From the NCBI GenBank assembly GCA_047638675.1, contig JBLIML010000002.1:30017-94016 (forward strand): a stretch of DNA of 64,000 bases, given 5' to 3'. Below the pieces are notes generated by a model. That model was not told the DNA's origin and made no database searches. It saw only the letters and a program-made list of their open reading frames with translations. Shown piece by piece: positions 1 through 11,382 of this stretch. The translations under genes were made by a program, and so were the position numbers. Numbering within the stretch: the stretch's first letter is position 1; the number at the start of each line of letters is the position of its first letter. Origin of the DNA: Planctomycetota bacterium. Its GTDB lineage: Bacteria > Pseudomonadota > Gammaproteobacteria > Eutrophobiales > Eutrophobiaceae.

Positions 1-1167
1 ACTGACAATATTTCGAATATCCGCCGTGATGAATTCCTGCACATCTCCTCCCCAATTAGCGCCAATTAGGTGGTAATCGTTTTCGTTAGCGCCGCAGACA
101 AAATCAGTGACATGCGCGGCGCTGTGATCAACGATGACGGGGATATCCAGACCCAGTGGGCCCAAAGAGCCAATCTCGCATGCAAGTTTACGCTTAATAG
201 CTTCGGTGGAGGCAAATGTAAGCGGTTTGCTGACAACTTCCAGTTTTTCAACCTTTATCCTGTTCAGATCATGATCTCCCCGTAACACCAGTGCCACCAG
301 CGAGTCATCTTTACCATTGACTATCAAAGTCTTCAGGCATTTTTCCGAAGCCACATTAAGAAATGCGGCGACATCCTCGATACTATGTTGACCGGGAGTC
401 GCAATTTTTTTCAGTGTTTGTTCCGGCTGTGGGCGTTGACCGTCAGGTAGTGGCGCGGCAGCAAGTTCAATATTCGCGGCGTACTCGCCATTTTCCGTGA
501 AAACGATACGATCTTCACCAGAATCTGCCAGAACATGAAATTCATGAGATGTGCTGCCTCCAATGCTACCTGAGTCGGCAATGACAGCACGAAAAGCAAG
601 GCCGACGCGTTCGAAAATGCGCGTATAGCAAGCGAACATTTGTTCATAAGTTTCTTGCAGCGAAGCCTGATTCAGATGAAATGAATAGGCATCTTTCATG
701 AGGAATTCCCGTGCCCGCATGATGCCGAAACGAGGACGTATTTCATCACGAAATTTGGTTTGGATTTGGTAGAAATTAGCCGGAAGCTGTTTATAGCTAC
801 GGATCTCCCTGCGTACTAAATCGGTGATAACTTCTTCGTGGGTCGGTCCGAGGCAGAAATCACGCTGATGCCGATCAGACAGACGCAACAACTCCGGACC
901 ATACTTTTCCCAGCGACCCGACTCCTGCCACAACTCGGCGGGCTGTACACCAGACATGAGAATTTCCTGCGCACCGGTGTTATCCATTTCCTCCCTGACA
1001 ATGCCCTCTACCTTGCGTAAGACCCGTAATCCCATCGGTAGCCAGGTATAAATACCAGCGGCTAATTGCCGAACAAGTCCGGCTCGCAACATCAGTTGAT
1101 GGCTGACGATCTCGGCATCTGCCGGTGCTTCTCTTTGGGTGGCGAGCAATATTTGTGATGTGCGCAT
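1..1167 (-). CDS. proS: Prolyl-tRNA synthetase, N-terminal ~389 codons; 3' end runs off the window start
   Basis: Absent from the ORF track because it has no in-window stop. Manual reverse translation from ATG at 1167 gives [44 protein letters not shown]...[25 protein letters not shown]...[20 protein letters not shown], colinear with bacterial ProS. Frame is open to position 1. Confidence 0.9.
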   Translation of the reverse strand, partial: MRTSQILLATQREAPADAEIVSHQLMLRAGLVRQLAAGIYTWLPMGLRVLRKVEGIVREEMDNTGAQEILMSGVQPAELWQESGRWEKYGPELLRLSDRHQRDFCLGPTHEEVITDLVRREIRSYKQLPANFYQIQTKFRDEIRPRFGIMRAREFLMKDAYSFHLNQASLQETYEQMFACYTRIFERVGLAFRAVIADSGSIGGSTSHEFHVLADSGEDRIVFTENGEYAANIELAAAPLPDGQRPQPEQTLKKIATPGQHSIEDVAAFLNVASEKCLKTLIVNGKDDSLVALVLRGDHDLNRIKVEKLEVVSKPLTFASTEAIKRKLACEIGSLGPLGLDIPVIVDHSAAHVTDFVCGANENDYHLIGANWGGDVQEFITADIRNIVS

Positions 1168-1362
1168 GCTTGTCTAAGTTCGTGTCATTCTAAAGGAGGC
1201 GTATGTTACCGTGGGGCAAATCAAAAGTAGAGATAAAACTAAAGTGCAGTTCAGAGCGAATTTAGTCGCAATTTGTGCAAAGCACAACTTGACTTCAGCC
1301 ATGAAAATCAGTAGCTTGCAGTAGTTTGTCTGTAGGCAAAATCATTGTATTGAGAATACGAC

Positions 1363-3090
1363 GTGAGTAAATCAAAAGAAATATTACGTGGAGCAGAAAT
1401 ATTTACGCGCGCTCTGAAAGACGAGGGCGTGGAGTATATTTTTGGCTACCCGGGTGGCGCGGTGTTACATATCTATGATGCCCTGTTCAAGCAGGATGAT
1501 GTCAAGCATATTCTCACGCGTCACGAACAGGGAGCGGCGCACGCCGCCGATGGATACGCGCGCGCGACGGGTAAGCCTGGCGTGGTACTTGTCACCTCCG
1601 GACCTGGCGCGACAAACATCGTCACGGGCATAGCCACCGCACATATGGATTCCATTCCGATGGTGGTGTTCACAGGTCAAGTGGCTACCAATATGATCGG
1701 TAACGATACCTTCCAGGAAGTTGACGCAGTTGGCATCACACGACCCTGTGTAAAGCACAATTTTCTGGTTAACGACGTCAGCGAATTGGCTAGCACCATT
1801 AAAAAGGCGTTTTATATCGCCAGTAGTGGAAGACCAGGACCTGTGCTGGTGGATTTGCCAAAGGATATAACGGCAGAATCCTGTGTCTACGAATACCCGG
1901 CAGCGCTGGATATCCGATCCTACAAGCCAGCCGTAAAAGGCCATCCACGACAGATAAAAAAAGCCATAGACCTGATTGTTTCGGCAAAAAAACCGATGAT
2001 CTACAGCGGCGGTGGAGCTGTGCTGGCTGAAGCAAACAAGGAGCTGACTCAGTTCGCACAATCGTTGGGCTATCCCATCACCAATACTCTCATGGGTCTG
2101 GGTGCCTATCCAGCTACCGACAAACAGTTTATTGGCATGCTCGGTATGCATGGCACTTATGAAGCGAACATGGCCATGCATCACTGTGATGTTTTGATTG
2201 CCATTGGTGCGCGTTTCGATGATCGGGTAACAGGTGATCTTGAAAAGTTTTGCCCTTATGCAAAAATTGTTCAGATTGACGTTGATCCATCCTCCATTTC
2301 TAAAAATGTACCCGTTGATATCCCCATCGTAGGTGATGTTAAAAGTGTATTGACAGATATGAATGTTGTTCTCAAGGAGAGTAAAAAGCAGGTAGACAAG
2401 AAGTCATTGAAGGCGTGGTGGAAGCAGATCAATGAATGGCAGGCGATGGATTGTCTGCGATTCGATCGTAAAAGCGAGGTCATAAAGCCACAGTATGTTG
2501 TTGAAAAACTTTATGAGCTGACCGGGGGAGATGCTTACGTCACATCGGACGTTGGTCAGCACCAGATGTGGGCTGCACAATTTTACAAGTTTGATAAACC
2601 CAGGCGTTGGATAAATTCCGGTGGCCTCGGCACTATGGGTTTCGGTTTACCTGCGGCTTTCGGCGTGCAACTTGCGTTTCCTGACGAAGTTGTGTGTTGC
2701 ATCACTGGCGAGGCATCTTTGGTGATGTGTATCCAGGAATTGTCGACCTGTTTGCAATATGGAACGCCCGTGAAGATTATCAACCTGAACAATGGTTATA
2801 TGGGTATGGTGCGTCAGTGGCAGGAATTTTTCTACGATAAACGTTATTCACACTCCTATTTCGAAGCGCTGCCGGATTTCGTCAAGTTGGCAGAGGCTTT
2901 TGGGCACGTTGGTATGCGCGTTGAGAAGACCGCTGATGTTGAGGGTGCACTTAAGGACGCACTGGCAATGAAAGACAGGCTCGTGTTAATGGATTTCATG
3001 ACGGACAAAACTGAGAACGTCTACCCCATGATAGCCGCGGGTAAGGGCCAGCATGAAATGCATCTGACGACGGAAAGGGAACTGGCATGA
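1363..3090 (+). CDS. ilvI: Acetolactate synthase (AHAS) large catalytic subunit, ThDP/FAD-dependent
   Basis: 575 aa, GTG start. Contains GVEYIFGYPGGAVLHIYDAL, TSGPGATN and the ThDP motif GGLGTMGFGLPAA...NNGYMGMVRQWQ. Stop overlaps the small-subunit start. Confidence 0.95.
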   Translation: MSKSKEILRGAEIFTRALKDEGVEYIFGYPGGAVLHIYDALFKQDDVKHILTRHEQGAAHAADGYARATGKPGVVLVTSGPGATNIVTGIATAHMDSIPMVVFTGQVATNMIGNDTFQEVDAVGITRPCVKHNFLVNDVSELASTIKKAFYIASSGRPGPVLVDLPKDITAESCVYEYPAALDIRSYKPAVKGHPRQIKKAIDLIVSAKKPMIYSGGGAVLAEANKELTQFAQSLGYPITNTLMGLGAYPATDKQFIGMLGMHGTYEANMAMHHCDVLIAIGARFDDRVTGDLEKFCPYAKIVQIDVDPSSISKNVPVDIPIVGDVKSVLTDMNVVLKESKKQVDKKSLKAWWKQINEWQAMDCLRFDRKSEVIKPQYVVEKLYELTGGDAYVTSDVGQHQMWAAQFYKFDKPRRWINSGGLGTMGFGLPAAFGVQLAFPDEVVCCITGEASLVMCIQELSTCLQYGTPVKIINLNNGYMGMVRQWQEFFYDKRYSHSYFEALPDFVKLAEAFGHVGMRVEKTADVEGALKDALAMKDRLVLMDFMTDKTENVYPMIAAGKGQHEMHLTTERELA

Positions 3091-3578
3091 GGCATATCTT
3101 GTCCTTGCTACTGGAAAATGAGGCTGGTGCTCTCTCTCGCGTTGCGGGTCTTTTTTCCGCTCGGGCATTCAATATTGAATCCCTGACAGTCGCTGTGACT
3201 GAAGACCCATCCATGTCGCGAATGACCATCGTCACAGTGGGGTCAGATGAGATCATCGAACAAATTACCAAGCAATTAAATAAATTGATCGATGTCATCA
3301 AGGTCGTAGACTTGAATGAAAGCGAGCACATTGAACGCGAACTCATGTTGATCAAAGTGAGTGCCGAAGGTGAGGCTAGAGAAGAGGTAAAACGTCTGGT
3401 GGAAATATTCCGCGGCAGGATAATTGATGTAACGGAAAAAACCTACACCATTGAAATGACCGGGTCCGGGGATAAGCTGGATGCTTTTATTGAGGCATTG
3501 AACAAAAAATTGATAAAGGAAGTGGTTAGATCAGGAGTCTCCGGAATTGGTCGGGGCGACAGGGCAATTACAATTTAA
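3087..3578 (+). CDS. ilvH: Acetolactate synthase small (regulatory) subunit, ACT domain
   Basis: 163 aa, MRHILSLLLENEAGALSRVAGLFSARAFNIESLTV. ATGA-type overlap with ilvI. Confidence 0.95.
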   Translation: MRHILSLLLENEAGALSRVAGLFSARAFNIESLTVAVTEDPSMSRMTIVTVGSDEIIEQITKQLNKLIDVIKVVDLNESEHIERELMLIKVSAEGEAREEVKRLVEIFRGRIIDVTEKTYTIEMTGSGDKLDAFIEALNKKLIKEVVRSGVSGIGRGDRAITI

Positions 3579-3637
3579 GAACACTTTGGGTGTGCATATG
3601 CACTATTTCTCAGGGCCTTTTTAATTAACTTAGATAA

Positions 3638-4672
<1,035 letters not shown>

Positions 4673-4761
4673 GGCATATGTAAGCATTATTGCTGAGCCG
4701 CCGTTCGCCGTTTTGACCATCCTTATCATTTTTGTGCTGGAAGCAGCACAAGGTCCCTGCT

Positions 4762-5415
4762 ATGTCAGGTAATGGAAATCGTCTCATTGCCAGGGAAGGT
4801 ATACCAGTATTGCTTGTTTTGCTCATACTCGTACCAACCTCGCAAGTTTTTTTTGGTTTTTCCGTGTCTCTGTTTTTTATTCTGTTATTTACAATTGCTG
4901 TGCTCTTGTTCAGGGATCCGAAATGCGAGGTGCCCGCAGCGCCGCTTGCGGTATTGAGTCCCGCCACAGGGAGGATAGTGTCGATAACGCATACCGAGGA
5001 TCCCTGGTTGTCCCGTCCCGCGATCAAAGTGCGCATTAAAATCTCTCCCTGGGATACACATATTTTACGCTGTCCAGCAGAAGGCAAGCTCATGAATCAA
5101 TGGTCATCCAATGAGCAAAAAGAGGGTTTTGACAGACAATATGCCTACTGGCTTCAAACTGACGAAGGAGACGACCTGCTTTTGGCTTTGGGTATGAATA
5201 GAGCGGCGGTATTTACTCGCGTGACGATGACCGTCGGCGAGCGCACTGGACAGGGTCAACGTTGTGGTTTTCTCTATTTCGCGGGAGTTGTTGACGTTTA
5301 TCTGCCAGAAAACGCGCGCCTAAATAGTCATGTCGGCGATCATGTAAAGTCGGGTACAGCCATTCTTGGGCGATTCACCCATAGCGATGCAGCAAGTGTT
5401 GTTGTAATAAGATAG
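4762..5415 (+). CDS. Phosphatidylserine decarboxylase-family protein (short form) with substituted self-cleavage site
   Basis: Track ORF starts at TTG 4732. ATG 4762 (MSGNGNRLIAREGIP) matches the usual N-terminus of the short Psd family. FRDP and GQRCGF..VDVYLP motifs are present, but F-G-S-R reads F-A-G-V and PADG reads PATG (see findings). Confidence 0.7.
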   Translation: MSGNGNRLIAREGIPVLLVLLILVPTSQVFFGFSVSLFFILLFTIAVLLFRDPKCEVPAAPLAVLSPATGRIVSITHTEDPWLSRPAIKVRIKISPWDTHILRCPAEGKLMNQWSSNEQKEGFDRQYAYWLQTDEGDDLLLALGMNRAAVFTRVTMTVGERTGQGQRCGFLYFAGVVDVYLPENARLNSHVGDHVKSGTAILGRFTHSDAASVVVIR

Positions 5416-5508
5416 GTTTATTTGATTGACCAATAACTAAAGCCTTATGGCATGGTGCAAGGTAAAGCTGTAATCTAATCTGAATGCAATTACACAAGCC
5501 AGCAAATT

Positions 5509-6249
5509 ATGAGTAAACGTCGAAGAGGGATATACCTCCTTCCTAATCTATTCACTACCGCGGCTTTATTCTGCGGTTTTTATGCCATCATTGCTGCCAT
5601 AAACGGGCGCTATGAACCGGCAGCTATTGCCCTGTTTGTAGCGATGATTCTGGACGGTATGGATGGGCGAATCGCCAGGATGACCAACACCCAGAGCGAT
5701 TTTGGCGTCCAATACGACAGTTTATCTGACCTGATTTCTTTTGGTCTGGCTCCAGCTTTGGTGATGTACCAGTGGTCTTTGTTCTCTTTGGGCAAGATAG
5801 GTTGGCTCGCCGCCTTTGTTTACGCGGCGACAACGGCATTGCGTCTGGCGCGCTTCAACACGCAGGCAGATACTGATGAAAAACAATTTTTCCAGGGTCT
5901 GCCCAGCCCGGCAGCTGCGGCCATACTTGCGGGTTTTATCTGGTTAAGCGATGCCAACGATCTTTACGATGGCACAAACCTGGTATGGATTACCTTTCCT
6001 CTAACAATTGCTGCTGGGCTGTTGATGGTAAGCAATATCAGATATCACAGTTTTAAGCAGTTTGATCTTAAGGGACGTGTGCCGTTTGTGACGATTTTGG
6101 TGCTTGTAATGATTTTGGTACTGATAGCCTTAAGACCCTCAGTGGTTCTTTTTTCACTGGCTTTTATCTACGCTTTGTCGGGACCAGTGATGACCTTGTT
6201 ATTAATACGACGACACCGTGCCAAGCGTCGTCCACAGGAAGGGAAATAA
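5509..6249 (+). CDS. pssA: CDP-diacylglycerol--serine O-phosphatidyltransferase
   Basis: CDP-alcohol phosphatidyltransferase motif DGRIAR-x8-G-x3-D-x3-D (DGMDGRIARMTNTQSDFGVQYDSLSDL); multi-TM; adjacent to psd-like gene. Confidence 0.9.
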   Translation: MSKRRRGIYLLPNLFTTAALFCGFYAIIAAINGRYEPAAIALFVAMILDGMDGRIARMTNTQSDFGVQYDSLSDLISFGLAPALVMYQWSLFSLGKIGWLAAFVYAATTALRLARFNTQADTDEKQFFQGLPSPAAAAILAGFIWLSDANDLYDGTNLVWITFPLTIAAGLLMVSNIRYHSFKQFDLKGRVPFVTILVLVMILVLIALRPSVVLFSLAFIYALSGPVMTLLLIRRHRAKRRPQEGK

Positions 6250-6462
6250 TTTTCAATTTCTGAACTTACTTTCTTAATCAGCCGATCCAATTAAGATTTA
6301 GGTTCATATTCAATCGTTAAAAAATTAACGAAACAGGGATGTCTTTCATTGGAATAATCTTTGTGTTCCCTGGTGTAATAAATTCAGAAAGTGAAATATT
6401 AAATTGTAAGGAAAAATAATTTTGTCGTGATGACTACTTTAAAAATCTTCACCTGAATAAGG

Positions 6463-8145
6463 ATGCTCAATTCAGCTATATACAGGAACATAAAACCTAT
6501 CTATTTGGACGGGTTTTATATCTCAGCCCTTTTAATATTAAACCCTGCATTCGTTTTTATTGCCTATACTCCGCGTAATTTTTATCCGGACACATTTGCC
6601 TACCTTGCAATGGCGAATGATCTACTGCAGAACGGTTTACTCTATGTACCTTCGTGGGGGCATGTGGATGCTGCAGTCATTCTTCCTCCTGTTTACCCCC
6701 TCCTCATCGCATTAGGTAGTATTTTTACTGATAATTTATTGATCTTTGCTGAGCTACTCTCTTCATTTTCCGGAATAGCCTCAACTATAATTTTTTATTT
6801 TATTCTTAGGGAAGTTTTGGGCAGGTTTTTTTCCGTATTAACACTCTTGATAATCCAGTTAAATTATTATTATTTCAATATTAGTCTGACTCCTCTGACC
6901 GAAGCCAGTTTTTTACTAGCCTTGAGTATTTCATATTTCATTGCATTAAAAGTTGTGAGTGGAACGTCTGATGCTCGAAATAATTATGCATTTTACCTCG
7001 GCGTAGCGTGTGGTTTTACCTTCTTAACCAGGCAAATAGGCATAAGTTTACTGTTTTTTATGTTGGCGTTTATATTGTTAACAAGTCGTCCTATATTTAA
7101 TCGCACAGTAATCAGACGTTCACTTATAATTTTAGCGGGGTGGGCGATAATTTTTATCCCCTATAGTGCTTCTCTGTATTTCCAGACGGGAACGCATCCT
7201 TTTCAGCAACATATTAAGATGGGACAATACACGATCTCCAGCACTGATAGCACTGTGCAGGAAGAAATAAAATTAATTGAAGATCTTCCTGTTACCAGCT
7301 ATCGCGATATTTATGCTAAAAGACGTTTAATGTTAAAACTTTTGCCAGACTCATCTGAAATGTATTCCAGTCTGGTAACAAAATCGGATAAAAACATTAG
7401 TGTAACAGAGTTATTTTTTGAGAATTTTCGAAATCCGATAAGCTATTATAAAAAAGTTTTAACCAACTTTAAGCATCTAAGTGATGTGACAGGGGAAATC
7501 ATGATGTTCCTTTTCCTCATTTCCTGTTTGTCGCCTCTTGTCTTGAAATATTCGTCAGATACTGATCTGAATAGATTGCTTCTGCCTTCTTTCATCCTGT
7601 TTTATTTACTATTTATATCAGGCTTTACCGATAAAATACCAAGATATGTAGTGCCGATTTTCCCATTTTGTATAATTCATGCGGTTTCTGAGTTTTATCT
7701 TATGGCGAATAAAAGGTGTAATAAAATAGTGCTTAGCCTCTTTTTTATTCTATTCACAGGTATCGCTTTAGTAAGTATGCCCCAGTCCTATCGTGAATTA
7801 CCCGTTTCCAGGAAACTATATGAGTTTCAGACCGATTATTCTCAAATTCGAGATAATGTAAACGGTGAAGCTATGTTTTCTTTCGTTCCCTATAATAGCT
7901 ACATGCTAGGAGGGAAATTTAGATCCATGCCCAACGATTCCCTGGATAAAGTAGCAGAGTATGGCAGGAAAACGGGTGTGAAATGGATATTGGTTAATCG
8001 GGATAGTAGTACATTGCAAGATTTAATTTACTACGTGAATCTTGACTGGTACTTGAATCCAGCCTTACATGACCCTGAGTCCAGGCATATAAAATATTGC
8101 TGTGAGACCAAGGATGGACTGGTATCAGTATTTGAGATTCTTTGA
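6463..8145 (+). CDS. Polytopic membrane protein, GT-C-type glycosyltransferase-like (ArnT/PMT_2-like), in an AT-rich insert
   Basis: 560 aa, many TM helices in the N-terminal two thirds. Acidic/aromatic first loop (YPDTFAYLAMANDLLQNG) and a soluble C-terminal domain. Family call is by architecture only. Confidence 0.45.
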   Translation: MLNSAIYRNIKPIYLDGFYISALLILNPAFVFIAYTPRNFYPDTFAYLAMANDLLQNGLLYVPSWGHVDAAVILPPVYPLLIALGSIFTDNLLIFAELLSSFSGIASTIIFYFILREVLGRFFSVLTLLIIQLNYYYFNISLTPLTEASFLLALSISYFIALKVVSGTSDARNNYAFYLGVACGFTFLTRQIGISLLFFMLAFILLTSRPIFNRTVIRRSLIILAGWAIIFIPYSASLYFQTGTHPFQQHIKMGQYTISSTDSTVQEEIKLIEDLPVTSYRDIYAKRRLMLKLLPDSSEMYSSLVTKSDKNISVTELFFENFRNPISYYKKVLTNFKHLSDVTGEIMMFLFLISCLSPLVLKYSSDTDLNRLLLPSFILFYLLFISGFTDKIPRYVVPIFPFCIIHAVSEFYLMANKRCNKIVLSLFFILFTGIALVSMPQSYRELPVSRKLYEFQTDYSQIRDNVNGEAMFSFVPYNSYMLGGKFRSMPNDSLDKVAEYGRKTGVKWILVNRDSSTLQDLIYYVNLDWYLNPALHDPESRHIKYCCETKDGLVSVFEIL

Positions 8146-8330
8146 GCCCACCCAGGTAAAGAATATGGGGCTGAATTCCTTCGCTATAACATTATGTGTA
8201 TACGTCAGACATAGTGGACACAAAGACCGATATCAGCTCATTATTGCAGCCGTAGGGGATGAAATTATCAATAGCTCGAATTCTGTTGAATTTAGGGCTC
8301 AGCCTACTTGCAATATTTAAAATAGAGGTT

Positions 8331-8435
8331 ATGCTTTTTGGCATGTTCAGCACAGAAACATCAATTCAATTGGTCTTATTGCGCCAGATAGTTCTGGCGA
8401 ATGCTTCTTTGTGCCTGCTCCTGCTGCCCGGCTAG
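8331..8435 (+). promoter_or_regulatory. Candidate leucine leader peptide ORF (34 codons) upstream of leuA
   Basis: ATG 8331 to TAG 8433-8435 encodes MLFGMFSTETSIQLVLLRQIVLANASLCLLLLPG, with 10 Leu including a run ctg ctc ctg ctg just before the stop. It lies 100 nt upstream of the leuA ATG. A hairpin CGCCAGA-tagt-TCTGGCG (8382-8399) and a second copy of TTGCGCCAGA at 8477-8486 are present. Confidence 0.3.
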
Positions 8436-8535
8436 GGCACATATACATCACACATACATCATCGATCCTATTTTATTTGCGCCAGACGCCAACTAACGGT
8501 GTTGCTGGTGATGTTATATAATTCGGAGCAGAATC

Positions 8536-10071
8536 ATGAAAGATAAATTAATCATATTTGATACCACTTTGCGTGACGGTGAGCAAAGTCCGGGCGCCTC
8601 AATGACGAAGGATGAGAAAGTCCGTATCGCTAAAGCCCTGGAATTAATGCGCGTCGATATCATCGAAGCGGGTTTCCCAATAGCCAGTCCTGGCGATTTC
8701 GAATCTGTCAAAGCGGTTGCGACAGCGGTCAAAGACAGCACGATCTGTGCTCTCGCGCGCACCAATGACGAAGATATTGATAGAGCCGCGGAGGCTATCA
8801 AACCGGCGGCATCCGGTCGAATTCACACTTTTATCGCCACCTCTCCTATACATATGGAGCGCAAACTTCGCATGACAGCGGAGCAGGTAATGGAACATGC
8901 CGTACATGCAGTAAAGCGGGCCAGGCAATATACAGATGACGTTGAATTCTCACCGGAAGACGCGGGTCGTTCTGAAATCGATTTTCTCTGTCGCATAATT
9001 GAAGCGGTGATCGATGCGGGTGCGACGACTATCAACATACCGGATACAGTCGGTTATAACGTACCAGCGCAATTCGCTCATACCATCCAACAACTCCTCG
9101 AACGGGTGCCGAACTCTGACAAGGCTATTTTTTCAGTCCACTGCCATAATGATCTCGGACTTGCCGTAGCCAATTCACTGGCAGCGGTAATGGTCGGCGC
9201 AAGACAGGTGGAATGTACTATTAACGGTTTGGGTGAGCGTGCGGGTAACGCATCTTTGGAAGAAATCGTCATGGCTGTTCGTACGCGTCAGGACATTTTT
9301 CCCTGTGATACGGAACTCGATACTACGCATATCATGAATAATTCCCGTCTGGTGGCAAATATTACCGGTTTCCCTGTGCAACCGAATAAAGCCATCGTCG
9401 GTGCCAATGCCTTCGCTCACGAATCGGGTATTCATCAGGATGGTGTCATTAAGAGTAGAGAGACATACGAAATTATGCGTGCTGAAGATGTGGGCTGGCA
9501 GACCAACCGCCTGGTAATGGGTAAACATTCTGGTCGTAATGCCTTTCGTACGCGTTTGAAAGAACTTGGGCACGAATTTGAAAGTCAGGATGATTTAAAC
9601 GAAAGCTTCAAACGTTTTAAAGAGCTGGCGGATAAAAAGCATGAGATTTTTGATGAAGATCTGCAGTCTCTGGTTTCGGATGGCCTGTTTGATGCTGAAA
9701 ACGAGCGTTTTAAGTTTATTGGTATGAAAGTGCAATTGGAGACGGGCGAGACACCGAGTGCCCAAATAACCTTATCTGTTGATGGTAAGGAGGAAACCGG
9801 GCAGGCTGAGGGCGATGGTCCAGTGGATGCAATATTCAAGGCAATTGAATCGGTTCTCGACAGTGGTTGCAAGATGCAATTATATTCGGTTAACGCCATT
9901 ACAGACGGCACCGACGCACAGGGCGAGGTGACCGTCAGGGTAAGTAAAGATGGACTTATCGTAAATGGCCGTGGTTCAGATACCGATATTATTACCGCGT
10001 CCGCGAAGGCTTACATAAACGCCGTGAACAGGGTATCGAGCCCGGCTTCGCGAGCGCATCCTCAAATTTGA
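8536..10071 (+). CDS. leuA: 2-isopropylmalate synthase
   Basis: 511 aa, [36 protein letters not shown]-terminal LeuA dimerisation/regulatory domain. Confidence 0.97.
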   Translation: MKDKLIIFDTTLRDGEQSPGASMTKDEKVRIAKALELMRVDIIEAGFPIASPGDFESVKAVATAVKDSTICALARTNDEDIDRAAEAIKPAASGRIHTFIATSPIHMERKLRMTAEQVMEHAVHAVKRARQYTDDVEFSPEDAGRSEIDFLCRIIEAVIDAGATTINIPDTVGYNVPAQFAHTIQQLLERVPNSDKAIFSVHCHNDLGLAVANSLAAVMVGARQVECTINGLGERAGNASLEEIVMAVRTRQDIFPCDTELDTTHIMNNSRLVANITGFPVQPNKAIVGANAFAHESGIHQDGVIKSRETYEIMRAEDVGWQTNRLVMGKHSGRNAFRTRLKELGHEFESQDDLNESFKRFKELADKKHEIFDEDLQSLVSDGLFDAENERFKFIGMKVQLETGETPSAQITLSVDGKEETGQAEGDGPVDAIFKAIESVLDSGCKMQLYSVNAITDGTDAQGEVTVRVSKDGLIVNGRGSDTDIITASAKAYINAVNRVSSPASRAHPQI

Positions 10072-10763
10072 GTTTTACGATGGCCTCAGCGTCCACACGC
10101 CAACACTACCTGCACCTAATGGGAATCGATGTTTGGCAAGATCGAGAATTATCTCAAATTGTTGATACGGATGACGCTGCAGGCGATCTCACTCATGAAG
10201 ACGAACCGGAAATCTGGCAAACACTGCGCAAGCAGGTTGCTTCATGTACACAATGTGGTTTGCACAAGGGCAGGCAGCAAACAGTATTTGGCGTGGGTGA
10301 TAAGAATGCTGAGTGGATGGTGATTGGGGAGGCACCGGGTGCCGAAGAGGATCGACAAGGTGAGCCCTTTGTCGGCCGTGCGGGTAAATTATTAAATGCC
10401 ATGCTACAAGCTATTGGTTTGCTTCGATCTCAGGTATATATTGCCAATATTCTCAAGTGCCGGCCGCCGAAAAATCGTGATCCCCAAGCTGAGGAAGTGG
10501 CGTATTGCGAGGATTATCTGAAAAAGCAGATCGAATTAATTCAGCCTAAAATAATACTGTGTGTTGGACGCATCGCCGCGCAGAACCTGCTAAAAGTTGA
10601 TACGCCGATGGATCAAATGCGCGGTCAATTTTACGAATATCCGGGTTCAAACACTCCAGTGGTGGTAACATATCATCCTGCCTATCTGTTACGATCGCCT
10701 CAGGATAAGCGCAAAGCCTGGCAGGATTTACAGTTGGCAATGCGAATTTATCAAAAATCGTAA
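10068..10763 (+). CDS. Uracil-DNA glycosylase, family 4 (Fe-S type)
   Basis: [50 protein letters not shown]. Track start is TTG 10068, overlapping the leuA stop; ATG 10080 is an equally plausible start. Confidence 0.85.
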   Translation: MSFTMASASTRQHYLHLMGIDVWQDRELSQIVDTDDAAGDLTHEDEPEIWQTLRKQVASCTQCGLHKGRQQTVFGVGDKNAEWMVIGEAPGAEEDRQGEPFVGRAGKLLNAMLQAIGLLRSQVYIANILKCRPPKNRDPQAEEVAYCEDYLKKQIELIQPKIILCVGRIAAQNLLKVDTPMDQMRGQFYEYPGSNTPVVVTYHPAYLLRSPQDKRKAWQDLQLAMRIYQKS

Positions 10764-10900
10764 TTCCAGAGTGCACGCAATTAGCATATATTTAACCTTA
10801 TGATACGCTGGTCTCAAATCAACGAAAGACACGAAAAAGAATACTCATTAAAGATGGGACCCATTCCTTTCTCTGTGTCTTTATCAATGCACACACGCTT

Positions 10901-11368
10901 ATGAGTGCAGTTCTTAGTCAAGCTATGCTCGTTTTCCGTCCCATGGTCGAAGATGATCTGGAGAGCATCATGCGCGTCGAGCTAGCAGCGTATGAATATC
11001 CCTGGAGCGAGGCCATATTCCGTGATTGTTTGCGGGTGGGTTATTGTTGCTGGATTTTAGAAAGTGATGACGACTTCATTGCGTACGGTGTGATGTCGGT
11101 GGGCGGAGGTGAGTCACACATACTGAATCTGTGTGTACGCCCGGACTATCAAAATAATGGGATGGGGAAAGAAATGCTGAATCACCTGATGGAAATAGCT
11201 CGCCATCACAATGCACAGACGGTTTTTCTGGAAGTCAGGCCTACTAACGAGGTTGCTATAAAACTGTATAACACAGCCGGCTTCAATGAGATTGGTATCC
11301 GAGAAAATTATTATCCATCCGATTCAGGTAAGGAAGATGCCCTGATCATGGCTCGCAATTTGAGCTAG
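10901..11368 (+). CDS. rimI: Ribosomal-protein-alanine N-acetyltransferase (GNAT)
   Basis: 155 aa, HILNLCVRPDYQNNGMGKEMLNHL...FLEVRPTNEVAIKLYNTAGFNEIGIRENYY. Confidence 0.85.
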   Translation: MSAVLSQAMLVFRPMVEDDLESIMRVELAAYEYPWSEAIFRDCLRVGYCCWILESDDDFIAYGVMSVGGGESHILNLCVRPDYQNNGMGKEMLNHLMEIARHHNAQTVFLEVRPTNEVAIKLYNTAGFNEIGIRENYYPSDSGKEDALIMARNLS

Positions 11369-11382
11369 CGAGTAAGCCGCCA

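Noticed and set aside
1203-1265. 20-codon ORF (MLPWGKSKVEIKLKCSSERI) with a very strong SD (AAAGGAGG, 5 nt upstream) in the proS/ilvI divergent region; considered as an ilv attenuator leader peptide.
   Set aside because: It has no run of Ile/Val/Leu codons and I see no terminator/antiterminator structure after it. The SD is striking but one sORF without conservation data is not enough to call.
1465-2184. 239-aa antisense ORF (and several 60-130 aa ORFs) inside ilvI. Similar antisense/off-frame ORFs lie inside leuA, ilvC, hslU, ubiB, gpmI, envC, the TPR gene and others.
   Set aside because: They are shadow ORFs fully embedded in confidently identified genes, with no recognisable motifs or ribosome-binding sites.
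8102-8320. 72-aa ORF overlapping the end of the GT-C-like gene and running into the leuA upstream region.
   Set aside because: No SD, no recognisable features, and it overlaps a better-supported gene.
10824-10882. Long imperfect hairpin (GAAAGACAC...GTGTCTTT with purine/pyrimidine-rich extension) between udg and rimI.
   Set aside because: Only 8 bp pair perfectly and there is no U tract. It could be a promoter-region feature or chance; nothing further can be supported.
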